Of a stretch of DNA of 64,000 nucleotides, positions 18,663-27,481 are shown in pieces. Within the stretch, counting starts at the first letter, position 1. Every line of letters starts with the position of its first letter. The notes under the pieces were generated by a model. It was not told the DNA's origin and did no database searches. It saw only the letters and a program-made list of their open reading frames with translations. The stretch is from Thermoanaerobaculia bacterium (GTDB taxonomy: Bacteria; Acidobacteriota; Thermoanaerobaculia; Multivoradales; JAHEKO01). Location: the NCBI GenBank assembly GCA_046756565.1, contig JBHHWO010000003.1, positions 144 to 64,143 on the forward strand, read 5' to 3'. A program made the translations under genes and the position numbers.

Positions 18663-19373
18663 GTGAGCGTGACCGACGGCACAGTCTCTACGTCCACGCG
18701 CGCCGCTCGAATGCTTCCGCCGGTCCCCTGCTGGAGGTACCACGCAGACGGCGTCGAAGTCCGGTTCGTCGGCAAGACTCCGGGCGATGTCGGCTCCGAG
18801 ATCACCACGGTCCTCGACGCGCTCGACGAGAGTCCCGAAGCGGTCGGCTGGCTTCGCCAACAGCACTCAGCCGAGGTGCGGGCTGCGCTCGAGGGCCCTT
18901 GCGGAAGCGGCGACGGGCTCTGGACGACACGACCCGGGCTTGCGCTCTGCGTCGTTACGGCCGACTGCGTTCCCGTCGTCTGCGCCGCCCGCGGCCGCCT
19001 CGCCGTGATCCACGCCGGGTGGCGCGGCCTCGAGGCGGGCGTCATCGCGGCGACGCTCCGAGCTCTACCGGAGCCCGCGCGTGATCTCGAGGCATGGCTC
19101 GGGCCCGCCATCGGTCCCTGTTGCTACGAGGTCGGCGAAGATGTTGCGGATCGAGTCTGCTCAGCCTCCTCGGAATCGATCCTGATCGTGAAAGACCCGG
19201 GCAGACCCCGACTGGACCTTCACCGGGCCGCTGAGATCCAGCTACTGGAGCTTGGTATCGAGAGAGTGCGGAGGGTCGAGGAATGCACGAAGTGCCATTC
19301 CGACCGGCTCTGGAGCTACCGGGGAAGTCCGGGATCCCGAGGCCGCAACCTGACTCTCGCCTGGCTCGCCTGA
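18663..19373 (+). CDS. pgeF: YfiH/PgeF-family (DUF152) peptidoglycan editing factor / purine nucleoside phosphorylase-like protein
   Basis: Conserved CVPV, HAGWRG, CTKCHSDRLWSYRG motifs. Confidence 0.8.
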   Translation: MSVTDGTVSTSTRAARMLPPVPCWRYHADGVEVRFVGKTPGDVGSEITTVLDALDESPEAVGWLRQQHSAEVRAALEGPCGSGDGLWTTRPGLALCVVTADCVPVVCAARGRLAVIHAGWRGLEAGVIAATLRALPEPARDLEAWLGPAIGPCCYEVGEDVADRVCSASSESILIVKDPGRPRLDLHRAAEIQLLELGIERVRRVEECTKCHSDRLWSYRGSPGSRGRNLTLAWLA

Positions 19374-19383
19374 CCGCCAATCG

Positions 19384-19668
19384 CTATCGGCGGCGACGCG
19401 TCGAGCGGGTCGGATCGATTCCGAGGCTGCGCAGGATCGAAAGATCCCGGCCGTCGATCTTGAACACGGGCCTCGACTCGAGCTCGCACTCGACCCCGGT
19501 ACTCCCGCCCGCCTCCTCGCCTTCGACGCGCCGGTTGACGACGAAGTAGAGCGAATACCCCTCTTCTCTGATCTGCTCGAATAAGTCCCTGACCTCGCTC
19601 GAGCCCGAGAGCGCGCGCACGATCGCGGCCCTCAGGTCCTTCAAGAGATGCGTCGCTCGCGGGTTCAT
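19384..19668 (-). CDS. Small conserved hypothetical protein (94 aa)
   Basis: High-GC3 frame between pgeF and the kinase gene; ends with a basic RSTRRRR tail. No family recognised. Confidence 0.45.
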   Translation of the reverse strand: MNPRATHLLKDLRAAIVRALSGSSEVRDLFEQIREEGYSLYFVVNRRVEGEEAGGSTGVECELESRPVFKIDGRDLSILRSLGIDPTRSTRRRR

Positions 19669-19793
19669 CGCATTGCCTTGTCCGTGCTCTCGGCCCGGTG
19701 ATTATGCGGTGGCGTCCCTGGAGTGTCAAACAAACCAACGCGACTGCCCAATCCCCGTTCCTCACGCCGTCTGTGCTACGGTTCGCGCATCCG

Positions 19794-20786
19794 ATGGACG
19801 GCGTTCGAGCGCGAATCCTGCCCTGGTTGAGCTCTTTGGGCATCGAGCCGCGACGGATCGAGCCGCTGCGCGGCGATGTCTCCGCCCGCCGTTATTTCCG
19901 CCTCGTCGGCTGCGACGCCGTCGTTGCGATGTACCTGCCGGACTCCGCCACCGACGTGAACCGATTCGTCGAGGCTTCGCGTGAGTTCGCTGCAGCGGGA
20001 GTCCGGGTTCCGGAGATTCAAGCGGCCGACGGCGACAGGGGCCTACTCCTGCTCGAGGATCTCGGCAGCGAGTCTCTGTTCGACACATCCGACCGCGATT
20101 GGTCATTGCTCGAGGCGATCTATCGTCAGGCGATCGCTATCACGCTCGCGCTCGGCCGGTACCGCTCCCGCGTCCTGGAGAGCCTCAACCCTCCGTTGGA
20201 CGCTCGGCGTCTGGAGCGCGAACTCCAAGGAGCGTACAAGGAGTTCCTGGCGGAGCCCGAGTTCTGCGGCTCGCCCGACCAGCTCGAGGCGATTCGGTCC
20301 GCACTCGAAGGTGTCTGCCGAGGGCTCGCCTCGGAGCCCATGGTCCCCGCTCACCGGGACTTCATGAGCCGCAACCTCATGCTCGCCGCCGGCGGCGCCG
20401 AGCTCGTAGTCATCGATCATCAGGACGTCTGCATGGCGCCACGCTTCTACGATGCCGCCAGCCTCTTGAATGACAGCTTCTTCCCATCCTCCTCGATCGA
20501 AGGGGCCCTTCTCGATCGCGTCCTGCACGACGACGACGATTGGCTCGCGTACCGGCGATGCGCGGTTCAGAGGACGCTCAAGGCCTGCAGCACCTTCATC
20601 CGATTCGCGCGCCAGGGTCGCGACCGTCACCTGCCGCTGGTAGCGCCCACTCTGGCCCGCGCGGCCGAGAAGCTCGAGCGGTTGCCCGAAGGCGCCCGCC
20701 TTCCGCAGGTGGTCTTCGAGCGCTGGCGCGACGGAGAGCAGATCTCGGCAGGCCTGAAACGTGTGGCGAAACTGGAAAGCCTCTAG
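19794..20786 (+). CDS. Aminoglycoside-phosphotransferase-fold kinase, AmgK-like (anomeric MurNAc/GlcNAc kinase family) candidate
   Basis: ...LRGDVSARRYFRL... (AmgK-like N-terminal motif), catalytic HRDFMSRNLML, downstream ...VIDHQD.... ATG at 19794; the track ORF starts earlier at 19698. Confidence 0.65.
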   Translation: MDGVRARILPWLSSLGIEPRRIEPLRGDVSARRYFRLVGCDAVVAMYLPDSATDVNRFVEASREFAAAGVRVPEIQAADGDRGLLLLEDLGSESLFDTSDRDWSLLEAIYRQAIAITLALGRYRSRVLESLNPPLDARRLERELQGAYKEFLAEPEFCGSPDQLEAIRSALEGVCRGLASEPMVPAHRDFMSRNLMLAAGGAELVVIDHQDVCMAPRFYDAASLLNDSFFPSSSIEGALLDRVLHDDDDWLAYRRCAVQRTLKACSTFIRFARQGRDRHLPLVAPTLARAAEKLERLPEGARLPQVVFERWRDGEQISAGLKRVAKLESL

Positions 20787-20935
20787 AGGATCCTTCGATT
20801 CGTTGATTGCCGCGGAAAACCAATCGGCAAGGGACACGATGGAATCGGCACTGCGACCTACGGAGGCTTCGACAACCAGTCTGGAGGGGACACCTCGGAA
20901 ACGTGGCCCCGGGTGCTAGACTGGCAGCCCCGTCG

Positions 20936-20955
20936 GGGGCGATCCGCATCGCCCC
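20936..20955 (+). promoter_or_regulatory. GC-rich hairpin in the tatA leader immediately upstream of the RBS
   Basis: GGGGCGAT-CCGC-ATCGCCCC. An overlapping alternative stem GCCCC-GTC-GGGGC lies just 5'. RBS AGGAGG at 20958-20963. Confidence 0.3.
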
Positions 20956-20970
20956 ATAGGAGGTAGATCA

Positions 20971-21147
20971 ATGCCCACACTCGGTGTACAAGAACTTCTG
21001 ATCATCCTGCTCATCGTCCTGGTGATCTTCGGCGCTTCCAAGCTGCCCCTACTCGGTAAGGGGCTCGGCGAGGGCATCAAGAACTTCAAGAAAGGCATCA
21101 AGGACGACACCTCCGACAACACCGGCTCTTCCGAGGGCGGCTCCTAG
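20971..21147 (+). CDS. tatA: Twin-arginine translocase subunit TatA/E (58 aa; below the ORF-track length cutoff)
   Basis: [46 protein letters not shown]... matches the TatA TM plus amphipathic helix. AGGAGG RBS 7 nt upstream. Confidence 0.85.
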   Translation: MPTLGVQELLIILLIVLVIFGASKLPLLGKGLGEGIKNFKKGIKDDTSDNTGSSEGGS

Positions 21148-21311
21148 TGTCCTGTCCCAGTGATTCGCTACACAAATCTCGGGCCTTTCTGCACGCTGCC
21201 GGCGTTGCCACTCCTCAACATAGGCCCAGCTATGCTTGCGTCGTGGGCGCCTTGGCAGCGCACACCATGACCTCGAGCCTTATGCACCGAATCACTGGGA
21301 CAGGACACTAG
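21144..21311. mobile_element. 168-bp MITE-like element with perfect 24-bp terminal inverted repeats (CTAGTGTCCTGTCCCAGTGATTCG), flanked by CTC on both sides
   Basis: The left TIR at 21144-21167 is the exact reverse complement of 21288-21311. The internal 21236-21312 is repeated at nt 1-77 of the window. The element begins inside the tatA stop codon. There is no long ORF inside. Confidence 0.65.
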
Positions 21312-21334
21312 CTCGGGACGCCAGCTCTCGTCGA

Positions 21335-22117
21335 CTATCCGCTCACCGGAGACGCGACCTCGCCGTCGAAAAGGTCGACCCGGCCCGAGCTGCGCCAGAC
21401 GTCCTGGTGGTGATCCACGTATCGAGATAACACCTTGCGCACGTACGACCGTGTTTCGCGAAACGGAGGCACGCCGTTGAAGCGCCGCACATTGCCGGGT
21501 CCGGCGTTATACGCCGCGAGCGCGAGTTCCAGATCGCCATCGAAGGACGCCAGCATCCGGCTCAGATAGCGAGCGCCCAGGTCCACGTTGGACGCAGGGT
21601 TCAGCGCCTCCCGGTACCCGTAGAGCTCGGCGGTCGCAGGCATCACCTGCATCAGCCCCAAAGCGCCGACCGGTGACACGGCATCGGCATCGAAGGCAGA
21701 CTCGACTTCGATAACGGCGGCGAGCAGGAACTCGTCCAGGCTGTGCCGCTCCGCCGCCTTCTGAATCAGTTTCGCGTACGGCAAGTGCTCGAGGTGCGCC
21801 AACCGCTCCTCGCGCGGGTTGACCGAGCGAAAGAGCTGAAAGCTCGTCGGACGGGCGCGGACGGCCTCGGCCAGATCGGACGGGCCGACGCCAAGAAAAT
21901 TACGGTCCTCGGGGCCGATCCACTCGACAAGCTCCTCCAGGATCGCGATCTCCTCCGGCGACGGAGGTGGCGGCCGATCGTCCGAGATCGACGGAATCGT
22001 CGGCTGGGGCGAGTTGAGTGCGACGACCACGAAGAACGCAGTGGCCACCGTGACGCGAGACGCGCGAGTTCGAAAAGACATGATGCTTGTAGGTGCGGAT
22101 ATAAGGGCCGAAGGCAC
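21335..22117 (-). CDS. Lytic transglycosylase (SLT-domain) with N-terminal membrane anchor/signal
   Basis: ...EVESAFDADAVSPVGALGLMQVMPATA...AAYNAGPGNV... SLT catalytic motif. GTG at 22117 or ATG at 22081 as start. Confidence 0.8.
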   Translation of the reverse strand: MPSALISAPTSIMSFRTRASRVTVATAFFVVVALNSPQPTIPSISDDRPPPPSPEEIAILEELVEWIGPEDRNFLGVGPSDLAEAVRARPTSFQLFRSVNPREERLAHLEHLPYAKLIQKAAERHSLDEFLLAAVIEVESAFDADAVSPVGALGLMQVMPATAELYGYREALNPASNVDLGARYLSRMLASFDGDLELALAAYNAGPGNVRRFNGVPPFRETRSYVRKVLSRYVDHHQDVWRSSGRVDLFDGEVASPVSG

Positions 22118-22199
22118 TCGGCACCCATCAATCGTGCAAGGGCGATACCACTCCTTATTCGCCCGGCGTTACACCAGTAAGGCGTTGCAGGAATTGAAC

Positions 22200-22478
22200 T
22201 TAGTTTCGAGCGCGGGGCCGCGATTGACGGCCGGGCCGGCGACGGGAGGGTGCCAAATAGTCCGATGGCTGAATGTCGAGACTACCCACCTTATTGCGCA
22301 GCGTGTTTCTATGGATACCGAGATGCTGGGCAGAGCGAGAGAGATTACCGTCGTTTTTTCGCAACGTCGCCAGAATGAATTGCTTTTCGAACTCTTTGGA
22401 GACTTGATTCAGGGTGAGTCCCTTGCCGGCCAACTCGTTTACCAACTTGCCCAACTTGCGGTTCAAGTTCCGTTTCAT
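22200..22478 (-). CDS. Fis-family small DNA-binding protein (HTH_8)
   Basis: ...ATLRKNDGNLSRSAQHLGIHRNTLRNKV... matches the Fis C-terminal HTH (GNQTRAA..LGI.R.TLRKKL). The gene is visibly AT-richer (about 53% GC in the first 60 nt by hand count) than its flanks. Confidence 0.65.
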   Translation of the reverse strand: MKRNLNRKLGKLVNELAGKGLTLNQVSKEFEKQFILATLRKNDGNLSRSAQHLGIHRNTLRNKVGSLDIQPSDYLAPSRRRPGRQSRPRARN

Positions 22479-22566
22479 CCTCGCTCCCTGCCGAATTTGA
22501 GAGACGAAAGGATAGCAGAACCGTGGCCGCCGAAGCTAGCGAAAACGGCTCGATTCGAGGCTTTTC

Positions 22567-23736
22567 TTAGCGCTTCGGATCGATCCGGTCACCGACGTGC
22601 ACGGTGTACCGGGACTCGAGCACTTTGGCCACCGAGGAGCGATCGCGCACCGACAGGATTCCCAGCTCGCCGATGACCACCGGCGGGTGCCCCTTGCGGT
22701 TCATCCGGTAGATCGAGTAGATGTCGCCGGGCGTGACACCGGCCTCCTCGCCAAGGTCGAGATACACCAAGTGATCCCGGCCGATGCTCACCAGCTGGCG
22801 CTCGGAGCGTACGATCATGGGCGCCGTTTCGAGTACCTCCGAGCTGACCGGATCGTTGATGCCGGTCAAGAGCGTGCGACGAGCGAGCGGCACCGGCTCG
22901 GGCACGTAGGGCGTCAGCGCAGCGCCCACCCGAACCGGCATACAACCGTGAACGATCTCGGCAATCGCCGTTTCCTCCTGGACGGACAGGACCCTGACTC
23001 GCCCCACGAAGCTGTAGAACCTGCCGATGGCCGTGCCGCTGGCCGGGTGCTTGACTGTCTCGCGCGGGATGACCACGGTAAACAGATCTCCCGGCAGGAG
23101 GTCGGCCTGGCGTCCTCCGTCCACGTAGACGATGTCTCCAAGGGCCAGGTCGATCTTGACGGTGCCGGTCTCCCCGAGTAAGGAGTCGTAATTCGACTGC
23201 TGAGTGCCGACCAGATTCGGCGACAGGCTTTCGTACTCGGAGCCGATAATGCGCCGCGGGAACTCCTCCTCGAGCTCGCCGATGTATCCTGAACACTGAA
23301 TGTCGTCCTCGCTGCCGAGGGCCGTGGGCGCGGAAGCGCCCCGCGCGAGCCGCAGGCCAGCTTCAGTGTCGTCGTCATCCTCAACCGCGTCGCTCGCGGC
23401 CAAGACATCCTCGATCGGCGTGACTTCGAACCCCACCACCAGCGGATCGCCTGGGTAGATCCAGTGCGCGTCGAGGACGTAGCGATTCTGCTCCCAGATC
23501 TGGGGCCAGAGATAAGGATTGCCGTACAACCTACCGGCCAGGTCCCACAGAGTGTCTCCGGTCTCCACCGTGTGAACTTGCGCGCCTTCCGGGAACGAGG
23601 TCGGTGGATCCCAAGCCGTCCAGTGTCCGTCGACCTGATGCAACTCGGTGGGCGGCTGGTGCGCCGCGATGCCTGCGAGGCCGGCCAGAGCCAGTATCGA
23701 AAAAATCGCAGCAGTTCTCTGGGAGTTCATAGACAT
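22567..23736 (-). CDS. Secreted LysM-domain peptidoglycan-binding protein
   Basis: Signal peptide AAIFSILALAGLAGIAA; LysM TVETGDTLWDLAGRLYGNPYLWPQIWEQN; large C-terminal region of unknown function. Confidence 0.75.
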   Translation of the reverse strand: MSMNSQRTAAIFSILALAGLAGIAAHQPPTELHQVDGHWTAWDPPTSFPEGAQVHTVETGDTLWDLAGRLYGNPYLWPQIWEQNRYVLDAHWIYPGDPLVVGFEVTPIEDVLAASDAVEDDDDTEAGLRLARGASAPTALGSEDDIQCSGYIGELEEEFPRRIIGSEYESLSPNLVGTQQSNYDSLLGETGTVKIDLALGDIVYVDGGRQADLLPGDLFTVVIPRETVKHPASGTAIGRFYSFVGRVRVLSVQEETAIAEIVHGCMPVRVGAALTPYVPEPVPLARRTLLTGINDPVSSEVLETAPMIVRSERQLVSIGRDHLVYLDLGEEAGVTPGDIYSIYRMNRKGHPPVVIGELGILSVRDRSSVAKVLESRYTVHVGDRIDPKR

Positions 23737-23957
23737 TTCGGCCTCCGCTCAGGAAGCTACAGAAGGGAATCGATCGCTTCCAGCCAAGCTATAGCCTTTT
23801 CTTCGCGCCTGTCAAGTTTTAAGGTCACATGCCTCAAGCAGCACTTGAAGTGTAGCAGGTCGCGTGCTGCTGCCAGCCGCCGCAGAGCCCCGACTCGGCG
23901 CCCACGGTGTTCCGACTTCACGGGGCAGAACGCCGTCCAGGCCTGCCGAGTCGTCTG

Positions 23958-24761
23958 TCAGCGAAGGCTGTCGAGTCGCTCTTCGGCGATGGCGGCCGCC
24001 GCCGAGTTGGGGTGCTCTTCGACAACCTGGCGGTACTTGCGCCGCGCACCCTCGCTGTCTCCCAGATCGCGGAGACAATCCCCCACCTTCAGCTCCGCGT
24101 CCGGCACTTTGTTGCCGTCCGGAAAGCGTGACACTGTCTCACGGAACGCCGCCAGCGCGCCGTCTACGTCGCCTCGGGCATAGCGCGCTTCCGCAATCCA
24201 GAATTGCGCGTTATCGCCCAGCACGGTATCGACGAACTGCTGCAGAAACTGCTGAAACGCCGTTTCGGAGTCCACGTAGCGTCCCTGGTGGAAGAGCGTG
24301 TAGCCGCGGTCGTAGAGAGCCTGGGCAGCTGCGGACAGGGTGTTCGAGGTCGAAGCTGCCTCGGCCGGGGCGGCGGGGGCCGGGCCTGGCGCGGGCTCGA
24401 TGGCTGGTAACTCCGCGACCTCCAGTTTCGGCTCCGGCGGCGTTGGAGCGGGCGCGCGCGACGGCAAGGCAGCTGGCGTCGGCTTTCCGGCGGTGGGCAT
24501 CGAGGCTACCTCGGATTCCGGACCCGGCGAACCGGCCTCGAGCTCAGTCACCCTCTTGCGCAGTCTCTTGACCTCGACCTCGGTCATCGCGGCCCGGCGC
24601 TCGAGCTCGACAATGTGCTTCCTCAGTTCTTCAAGCTCACCGGATCCCGGTTCGCTCTTCGACTCGCCCCGCGTGCCCAAGCCGGTCGTCGAGCAGCCGC
24701 CGACAAGCAGCCCGAGAAGCGCGATTCCGGCATAGGCGGCTCGTGGGTTCATACCTTTCAC
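23958..24761 (-). CDS. CpoB/YbgF-like lipoprotein (coiled coil plus C-terminal TPR)
   Basis: Lipobox LLVGGC; N-terminal coiled coil (ELEELRKHIVELERR...); Pro/Ala linker; C-terminal TPR-like YDRGYTLFHQGRY.... Confidence 0.65.
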   Translation of the reverse strand: MKGMNPRAAYAGIALLGLLVGGCSTTGLGTRGESKSEPGSGELEELRKHIVELERRAAMTEVEVKRLRKRVTELEAGSPGPESEVASMPTAGKPTPAALPSRAPAPTPPEPKLEVAELPAIEPAPGPAPAAPAEAASTSNTLSAAAQALYDRGYTLFHQGRYVDSETAFQQFLQQFVDTVLGDNAQFWIAEARYARGDVDGALAAFRETVSRFPDGNKVPDAELKVGDCLRDLGDSEGARRKYRQVVEEHPNSAAAAIAEERLDSLR

Positions 24762-25494
24762 CCCGACTTCTGGTGTACGTACGTACTCTGAGGGAATTCC
24801 TCGGTCAGCCGTTCGCGTGCCTCGGCAGCTTTGTCCTCCTGCTGGAGCGCTTCGAACGCCTCGATGAGGTAGAACAGCACCTTGTCGGTTTCGGCGAAGT
24901 CCGGGAACTCCTCCAGGAGACCCTCGAAGCGGTTGATCGCCGCCTGATGCAGTCTCAGCTTCTGGTTGAAGCGGCCCTTCAAGAACTCGGACTCGGCAAG
25001 TCTCTGGCGCACCGCGACGATTCGCTCTTGCGACAGGGCCGCGTACTGACTGGTCGGAAAGACACGAATTACGTCCTCGAAGGCCTCTAGGGCTTTGCGC
25101 GCGATCGACTGATCGCGATCCGGAGGGCGGACACGTTTTTCCAGGCTCGCCGCGATCTGGAACTGAACATAGTCCGAACGGCTGCTGGTCGGGAAGCGAT
25201 TCTGAAAGTCGCGGTATTTGGCCTCCGCTTTGACGAAGTTCTGAGAGCCGCCCTGCTGGAAGAGAGCGTCGGCGACGAGCAGAAGAGCCTCACGCCCGAC
25301 CGCCGAGTTGGGCTCGACCTCGAACGCGTGCTGGAAGTACTCGCGGGCCTGGCCGAACTTGCCGTTCTCCATCAAGGCCCTGCCGGTTTCCATCGCCTCC
25401 TTCGCCGAAAGCCTGAGAATGGGATCCTCGGGCTCGCCCCCGCCGCAGGCGGACACGATCGACACCAGGACCAGAATGAGCAAGATTCGTCTCA

Positions 25495-25495
<1 letters not shown>
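24758..25495 (-). CDS. bamD: Outer membrane protein assembly factor BamD (YfiO)
   Basis: Lipobox LVSIVSAC followed by TPR repeats typical of BamD (...YFQHAFEVEPNS...). Confidence 0.7.
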
Positions 25496-26144
<649 letters not shown>

Positions 26145-26145
<1 letters not shown>

Positions 26146-26912
26146 TAGCCCGTCACCTCGTCTCGCGTGACCACCAGTGAGACCACGTCCGATCTGCGCA
26201 GCGGGTGACCCGGCAGAGGATGCTGTCTGAGAATCACCCCGGGCGCGATTCCCTCGTAGGACTCGAACTTCACGCTGCCCAGCCGGATGCCCCGCCGCTC
26301 GAAGTAGCGGCGGACGTCCGAATAGCTCCGATAGATCAGATCAGGCATAACGAAAACGGCTTCCCGGTCATCGAGATTCAGGTAAAGATCGACGCCGCTG
26401 CCCCGGCTGACCTGAGTACCCGCCGGTGGATTCTGGGTCACCACGGTTCCCGAGCGCCCGCTCCGGCTAAAGACGTTCGCAACCCTTCCGAGCGCAAGAC
26501 CTTCGGCCACCAGCGTTACCTGAGCGGCCTGGAGAGCCCGCTCCGAAACGTCCGGCACCGTGACGACCTCCTGCCCCAGAGATACAACCGCCTTGACCGC
26601 GGTGCCGCGCTTCACGAGCGAGCCGGAGCGCGGATCCTGGCGCACCACATGCCCTTCCGGCACCGAATCGTCGTAGCGCGCTTCCTCGTCCCAGTCCAGA
26701 CTAAGGCCTTGATCGCGCACCAGCGCCTCGGCCTCGGCCATCGGGGTGCCTTCGAGATTCGGCACGGCAGTCACGCCGCTGCGCACGAAGAAACTGAACG
26801 CGAAGTAGGAGGTCAACACGAACGCACCTCCAAGCAGCGCGGCGTAGGCGACCCACGCCAGCCAGCGCAACGGCCGCGCCGAAAAATCACGCAGTTTCTT
26901 GGATCGACTCAC
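26145..26912 (-). CDS. Stand-alone membrane-anchored protein with three PASTA domains
   Basis: N-terminal TM LAWVAYAALLGGAFVLTSYFAF, then three ~65-aa repeats each beginning VP(N/D)L...G..V.Q.P..G (PASTA pattern). No kinase or transpeptidase domain. Confidence 0.7.
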
Positions 26913-26949
26913 GAGCGAATGGGCGGTTTCCGGGATTGCCGGAAACCGG

Positions 26950-27465
26950 TCAGTTGACCCAGCGGTCCACCAGACGGTTGATCACCTTGCGCGGATAGTT
27001 CGCGGTCGACGATTCGCCCGGCAACGCGCCAAGCGCGGCCTGAACGCCTTCGGCCGCCGCCGGAGCCGGGTTCGCCAGCCAGAGCACTCTCTGGTCGCGT
27101 CCGACCAGCACGCAGATGGCACTGTCGCCATCCCCCTCGGCCCAGTCCGCGCCGTAGGCTCCAGCGAGGTTCCGATCGTCGTGGAGCAGTGGAAACGGAA
27201 GTGCCAGGTCTCGCTGCACGCCCTTGAGCTCGTCGAGCGTGGCCGCGGAGACACCGAGAACCTTGACGTTTCTTCGAGTGAGCCGAGGAAACGCCGCCTT
27301 CAGCGCCGACAGGTCAGCCCGGCGCGCTGCCGACTCGGTACCGGCGAAGAGATAGAGCAGTACCGGAGTCCGAGGCACCTCGTCGCGAAGCATCAGCACC
27401 ACGTCTTCGGTGGAGGCGAGATCGAAGTTCGGAGCTTCGTCTCCTACTTGCAGGAGTTTCGTCAT
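26950..27465 (-). CDS. Bcp/AhpC-TSA-family (thioredoxin-fold) protein lacking both catalytic cysteines
   Basis: VGDEAPNFDL...PVLLYLFAGTESAARRAD...VLGVS... aligns to Bcp (..FYPKAMTPGCTVQAC..), but Cys(P) and Cys(R) are replaced (T..R). Confidence 0.65.
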   Translation of the reverse strand: MTKLLQVGDEAPNFDLASTEDVVLMLRDEVPRTPVLLYLFAGTESAARRADLSALKAAFPRLTRRNVKVLGVSAATLDELKGVQRDLALPFPLLHDDRNLAGAYGADWAEGDGDSAICVLVGRDQRVLWLANPAPAAAEGVQAALGALPGESSTANYPRKVINRLVDRWVN

Positions 27466-27481
27466 GTCAAGACCTCTCGAA

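Noticed and set aside
20784-20796. TCTAGAGGATCC (XbaI-BamHI, as in pUC polylinkers) right after the kinase stop codon
   Set aside because: It is only a 12-mer. The CTCTAG part encodes the native ...SL-stop of the upstream gene and the flanks are native. No other vector-like sequence is present, so this is most likely chance.
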